Of a stretch of DNA of 32,000 nucleotides, positions 28,530 to 32,000 are shown piece after piece; position 1 is the stretch's first letter, and every line of letters starts with the position of its first letter. The translations under genes were made by a program, and so were the position numbers. Source of the stretch: Zymomonas mobilis subsp. mobilis ATCC 10988. GTDB lineage: Bacteria; Pseudomonadota; Alphaproteobacteria; Sphingomonadales; Sphingomonadaceae. Under the pieces are notes generated by a model that saw only the letters and a list, made by a program, of their open reading frames with translations, was not told the origin of the DNA and made no database searches. The DNA is taken from positions 570,001-602,000 of the forward strand of contig NC_017262.1 of NCBI RefSeq assembly GCF_000175255.2, given 5' to 3'.

Positions 28530-31500
28530 TGGTATCATCGCCTTTATCAGGTTTCTTTATTGTCTCAGAGTGATCGCTTTCCGCGGCTTCCGGAAATTCA
28601 ATGTCTTTTTTGGGATCATTACGGTGCATTAACGAAAAGAGCGAAGGCACAAAGAACAGGGATGCCGTGGTTGCGACAATCAATCCGCCGACAACAGCCC
28701 GTCCTAAAGGCGCATTTTGCTCACCGCCATCACCCAAGCCCAAAGCCATAGGCAACATACCGATAATCATCGCCAAGGCTGTCATCAAGACAGGTCTCAA
28801 ACGGGTTGCCCCCGCTTCAAGAGCGGCCTGCGCCGAAGTAAAGCCTTCTTCCATCTTTTCACGACAGAAGCTGATAACCAACACCGAGTTTGATGTTGCC
28901 ACACCCATACACATGATCGCCCCCGTCAAAGCTGGAACCGAAAGCGTCGTTTTCGTCACAAACAGCATCCAGATAATACCCGCCAAAGCGCCGGGCAAAG
29001 CGGCAATCACAATAAAAGGATCAAGCCATGACTGGAAGTTGATGACGATCAGCAAATAGATCAGAACAATCGCCCCCAATAAGCCAAAACCCATCCCTTG
29101 AAAGGCGGTATTCATTGTCTGATACTGCCCTCGCAAAGTAACCGTGACCCCTTTTGGCTTTTGCTTCTCCATTTCATGGATCACTTTCAAGATGTCATTA
29201 CTGACAGCCCCCAAATCGCGACCTTGGATAGAACCATAAATCTCGAACAATGAAGCCAGATTATATTGCGACGTCACCGCGCTACTATGGGTTCTGACAA
29301 TCGGGCCCAAAGCCCCCAGAATTTGAGGTTCAGGCGCGCGCATCCCCTCCCCTGAAATCGGGACATTGCCAAGATGCGCCAGACTATCCACCATATATTC
29401 CGGTGTCTGCGCCACAACAGGATAGGAAACGCCATTTTTCGGATCGACCCAGAAAACGGGTGCCAACTGCGAAGAACCAGCCAGCGAAGTTCCCAAGCTA
29501 TTGGTAACATCCAACTCTTTTAAGCCCAATTGAGCGATACGGGAACGATCGACCTTGACGGTAAATTCAGGATATTTGGAAGATTGCTGAATCCGGCTAT
29601 CAACCAATCCGGGTATTTTACGGACTTCCCGCAATAAAAGACGGGCATAGCTTTCATCATCAACCGGATTACGTCCCGTAACCTGAATATCAATCGGTGA
29701 AGGTGAACCGAAATTCAAAATCTGGGAAACAATATCAGCGGGCAGAAACGCAAAGGTTTCGGCCGGATATTCACGCGGCAATATTTCCCGCAACCGCTTG
29801 ATATAAGAATCGGTTGGCGCATGATCCTCCGTCAGACTGATCATGATATTCCCGTCCTGCATCCCAATCGAGCCCGTGGCATCATAGGTCGTATTGATCG
29901 CACTGGATGAAATACCGATATTATCAACCACCGATCTCAACTGATCGGCAGGGATAATCGAACGTATCCGGTTTTCAATACGGGCAAAAATAGCCGAAGT
30001 CTCTTCAATACGCGTCCCGATTGGCGCTCTAACATGAAGCGTAATCGATCCGGTATCAATCGACGGGAAGAAATTCCGTCCCAGAAAAGGCGACAGAGTA
30101 AAGGACAGAATAACAAAGCCGTAAAAAGCAACAATAAACAGCCATTTTGCGCGCAATGCCTTTTCCAAAAGATGGACATAGCCAAGGCGCATTTTTTCAA
30201 AATGATGCTCGAAACCCTGCTGGAAACGGACAAAGATATTCGACGATTTCACCGCATGTTCGGGGTCATGTTTATGCGGAATCGGCTTCAATAAATACAT
30301 CGCCAAAGTCGGCACCAAGGTGCGAGACAGCAGGAATGAGGCCAACATCGCAAAGATAACCGACATCCCCATCGGCGCGAACAGGAATCCGGCGATCCCC
30401 GGCAAAAAGAACATCGGGACAAAGGGAATACAAATACAAAGCGTTGAAACCAAAGCAGGTGTTGCGATCTGCATCGCCCCGTCAATAATGGCTGGAATAA
30501 CGTCTTTGCCATGCTCAAGATGCCAGTTGATATTCTCGATCGTGACGGTGCCGTCATCGACCAAGATACCCACAGCCAGCGCCAATCCTCCCAAGGTCAT
30601 GATATTCAGCGTTTGACCAAAGGCCGAAAGCAATCCCAAAGCTGACATAATCGCCAAAGGAATAGAAATAGCGATGATGACCGTTGACCGCCAAGAACCA
30701 AGGAACAACATAATCATCAAGCTGGTCAAAACGGCCGCAATCGCCGCTTCTCTAGCTACCCCAGAAATAGCTTCCTGAACAAAAATCGCCTGATTGGTCA
30801 AAGCGTCAACCCGCAAAGTGCTGGGCAAGCCAACCAGCAAGCTCGGAATTTTGGCAAGAATACCCGCCGCCACAGAAACAGTCGAAGCCGAACCATTTTT
30901 ATACACCGTCAGCAAAACGGAACGTGCGCCATCGACATGGACAACATTCGTCTGCGGAGCGGCACCATCACGCACATGGGCAACATCGCTGACATAAACG
31001 GTCGCACCATTCACGGTTTTAATCGGCAAATGGTTAAGCTGCTCGGTAGAACCCGGCACGTTATTGAGGCGGATATTATACTGATAAGGGCCTATTTTGG
31101 CGAAACCGGCTGGCGTAATCTGGGTCTGTTGAGCAATGGTATTTGAAATATCTTGAGCGGTTAGACCCTTAGATTGCAAAGCATGGGGATCAACGTCAAA
31201 TTGTATCTGACGCACACGCCCACCCCAAGGATAAGGGATAGCCGACCCCGGAACAGTAATAAGACCGGCACGTACGGCGTTAAAACTAAGGTCATTCAGC
31301 TGCTGTTCGGTTAAACCTTTACCATGAACAGAAAGCTGTAAAATCGGAACGGTGGACGCACTATAATTCAGGATAAGCGGAGGGTTGATCCCTCGCGGCA
31401 AAGATCGCAAAACTGTCTGGGCGCTGGCGGTAATCTGGGCATTGGCCAGACGAATATCCGTTCCCGGCTGAAAGAAAATCTTCACAATACCGAAATTGGC

Positions 31501-31761
31501 AATCGACATCGCTTCCAGATGGTCAATATTATTGACAACCGTTGTCATCGCTCGCTGGTAAGGCGTATTGATCCGGCTTTGGATGTCATCAGGGGACATC
31601 CCCTGAAACTGCCAAATGACAGCCACAATCGGGATTTTAATATCAGGAAAAATATCGGTCGGTGTTTTAAAGGCGGATAAAATCCCCACAATAAAAATCA
31701 TCACCGCCATAACAATAAAAGTATAAGGGCGACGGAGAGCAATGCGTACCAGCGCGAGCAT
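28510..31761 (-). CDS. RND-family multidrug efflux inner-membrane permease (AcrB/MdtB-like)
   Basis: 1083 aa with FKTPTDIFPDIKIPIVAVIWQFQGMSP, LAVGILVDDGTVTIENI, GIMLAALPGALAGI-type and MCMGVATSNSVLVISFCREKM segments. Typical size and duplicated topology. Confidence 0.96.
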   Translation of the reverse strand: MLALVRIALRRPYTFIVMAVMIFIVGILSAFKTPTDIFPDIKIPIVAVIWQFQGMSPDDIQSRINTPYQRAMTTVVNNIDHLEAMSIANFGIVKIFFQPGTDIRLANAQITASAQTVLRSLPRGINPPLILNYSASTVPILQLSVHGKGLTEQQLNDLSFNAVRAGLITVPGSAIPYPWGGRVRQIQFDVDPHALQSKGLTAQDISNTIAQQTQITPAGFAKIGPYQYNIRLNNVPGSTEQLNHLPIKTVNGATVYVSDVAHVRDGAAPQTNVVHVDGARSVLLTVYKNGSASTVSVAAGILAKIPSLLVGLPSTLRVDALTNQAIFVQEAISGVAREAAIAAVLTSLMIMLFLGSWRSTVIIAISIPLAIMSALGLLSAFGQTLNIMTLGGLALAVGILVDDGTVTIENINWHLEHGKDVIPAIIDGAMQIATPALVSTLCICIPFVPMFFLPGIAGFLFAPMGMSVIFAMLASFLLSRTLVPTLAMYLLKPIPHKHDPEHAVKSSNIFVRFQQGFEHHFEKMRLGYVHLLEKALRAKWLFIVAFYGFVILSFTLSPFLGRNFFPSIDTGSITLHVRAPIGTRIEETSAIFARIENRIRSIIPADQLRSVVDNIGISSSAINTTYDATGSIGMQDGNIMISLTEDHAPTDSYIKRLREILPREYPAETFAFLPADIVSQILNFGSPSPIDIQVTGRNPVDDESYARLLLREVRKIPGLVDSRIQQSSKYPEFTVKVDRSRIAQLGLKELDVTNSLGTSLAGSSQLAPVFWVDPKNGVSYPVVAQTPEYMVDSLAHLGNVPISGEGMRAPEPQILGALGPIVRTHSSAVTSQYNLASLFEIYGSIQGRDLGAVSNDILKVIHEMEKQKPKGVTVTLRGQYQTMNTAFQGMGFGLLGAIVLIYLLIVINFQSWLDPFIVIAALPGALAGIIWMLFVTKTTLSVPALTGAIMCMGVATSNSVLVISFCREKMEEGFTSAQAALEAGATRLRPVLMTALAMIIGMLPMALGLGDGGEQNAPLGRAVVGGLIVATTASLFFVPSLFSLMHRNDPKKDIEFPEAAESDHSETIKKPDKGDDTNGEVYA

Positions 31762-32000
31762 AAGCGGTGTTCCAGATCGTTGATACGGATGTCTGTTTGA
31801 TTTGCTTTTCTAAAAATCAAACAGAAGCAAAAAATAACGCGTCGTTGTAATTGTTTTACAGCCTATTTATGTCTGATATGCAACGTTAAATTTTCAATTT
31901 TAAATGTTAAATTTTTTTAGATCATGCCCAGTCGAATATCATAGCTGGCATTTTCTATTTAGCCCATCCTATAGCATATTTATGCCTTTTAAAGGGCAAA

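Overview
This 32 kb window looks like ordinary alphaproteobacterial chromosome. Gene content and protein style suggest Zymomonas mobilis; that is an inference, no database was searched. I found no CRISPR array, tRNA, rRNA, prophage or obvious defence island. In order, the window holds: the tail of an ABC-2 exporter operon with its own NodT-type outer-membrane factor; an SDR oxidoreductase; a TonB-dependent receptor preceded by several dyads and an untracked 54-aa ORF; a signal-peptide-bearing prolyl oligopeptidase; a Cys-containing tandem-repeat secreted protein; a pyrB plus dihydroorotase-like pair; an 849-bp IS5-family (IS427-like) element; a small lipoprotein; a second TonB-dependent receptor; a three-gene gluconate-2-dehydrogenase-type complex (TAT small subunit, GMC flavoprotein, triheme cytochrome c); ruvX; gatCAB; a LysR regulator; and a complete RND efflux operon in the order permease, membrane-fusion protein, outer-membrane factor. 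The points most worth a second look are: (1) the protein paired with PyrB lacks the dihydroorotase metal-site motifs and is probably a non-catalytic PyrC'-type partner; (2) a recently expanded 87-bp coding repeat in a secreted protein; (3) the IS element, whose transposase is split by a -1 frame change and takes its stop codon from the target site; (4) clustered palindromes and a small proline-rich ORF upstream of the first TonB receptor.
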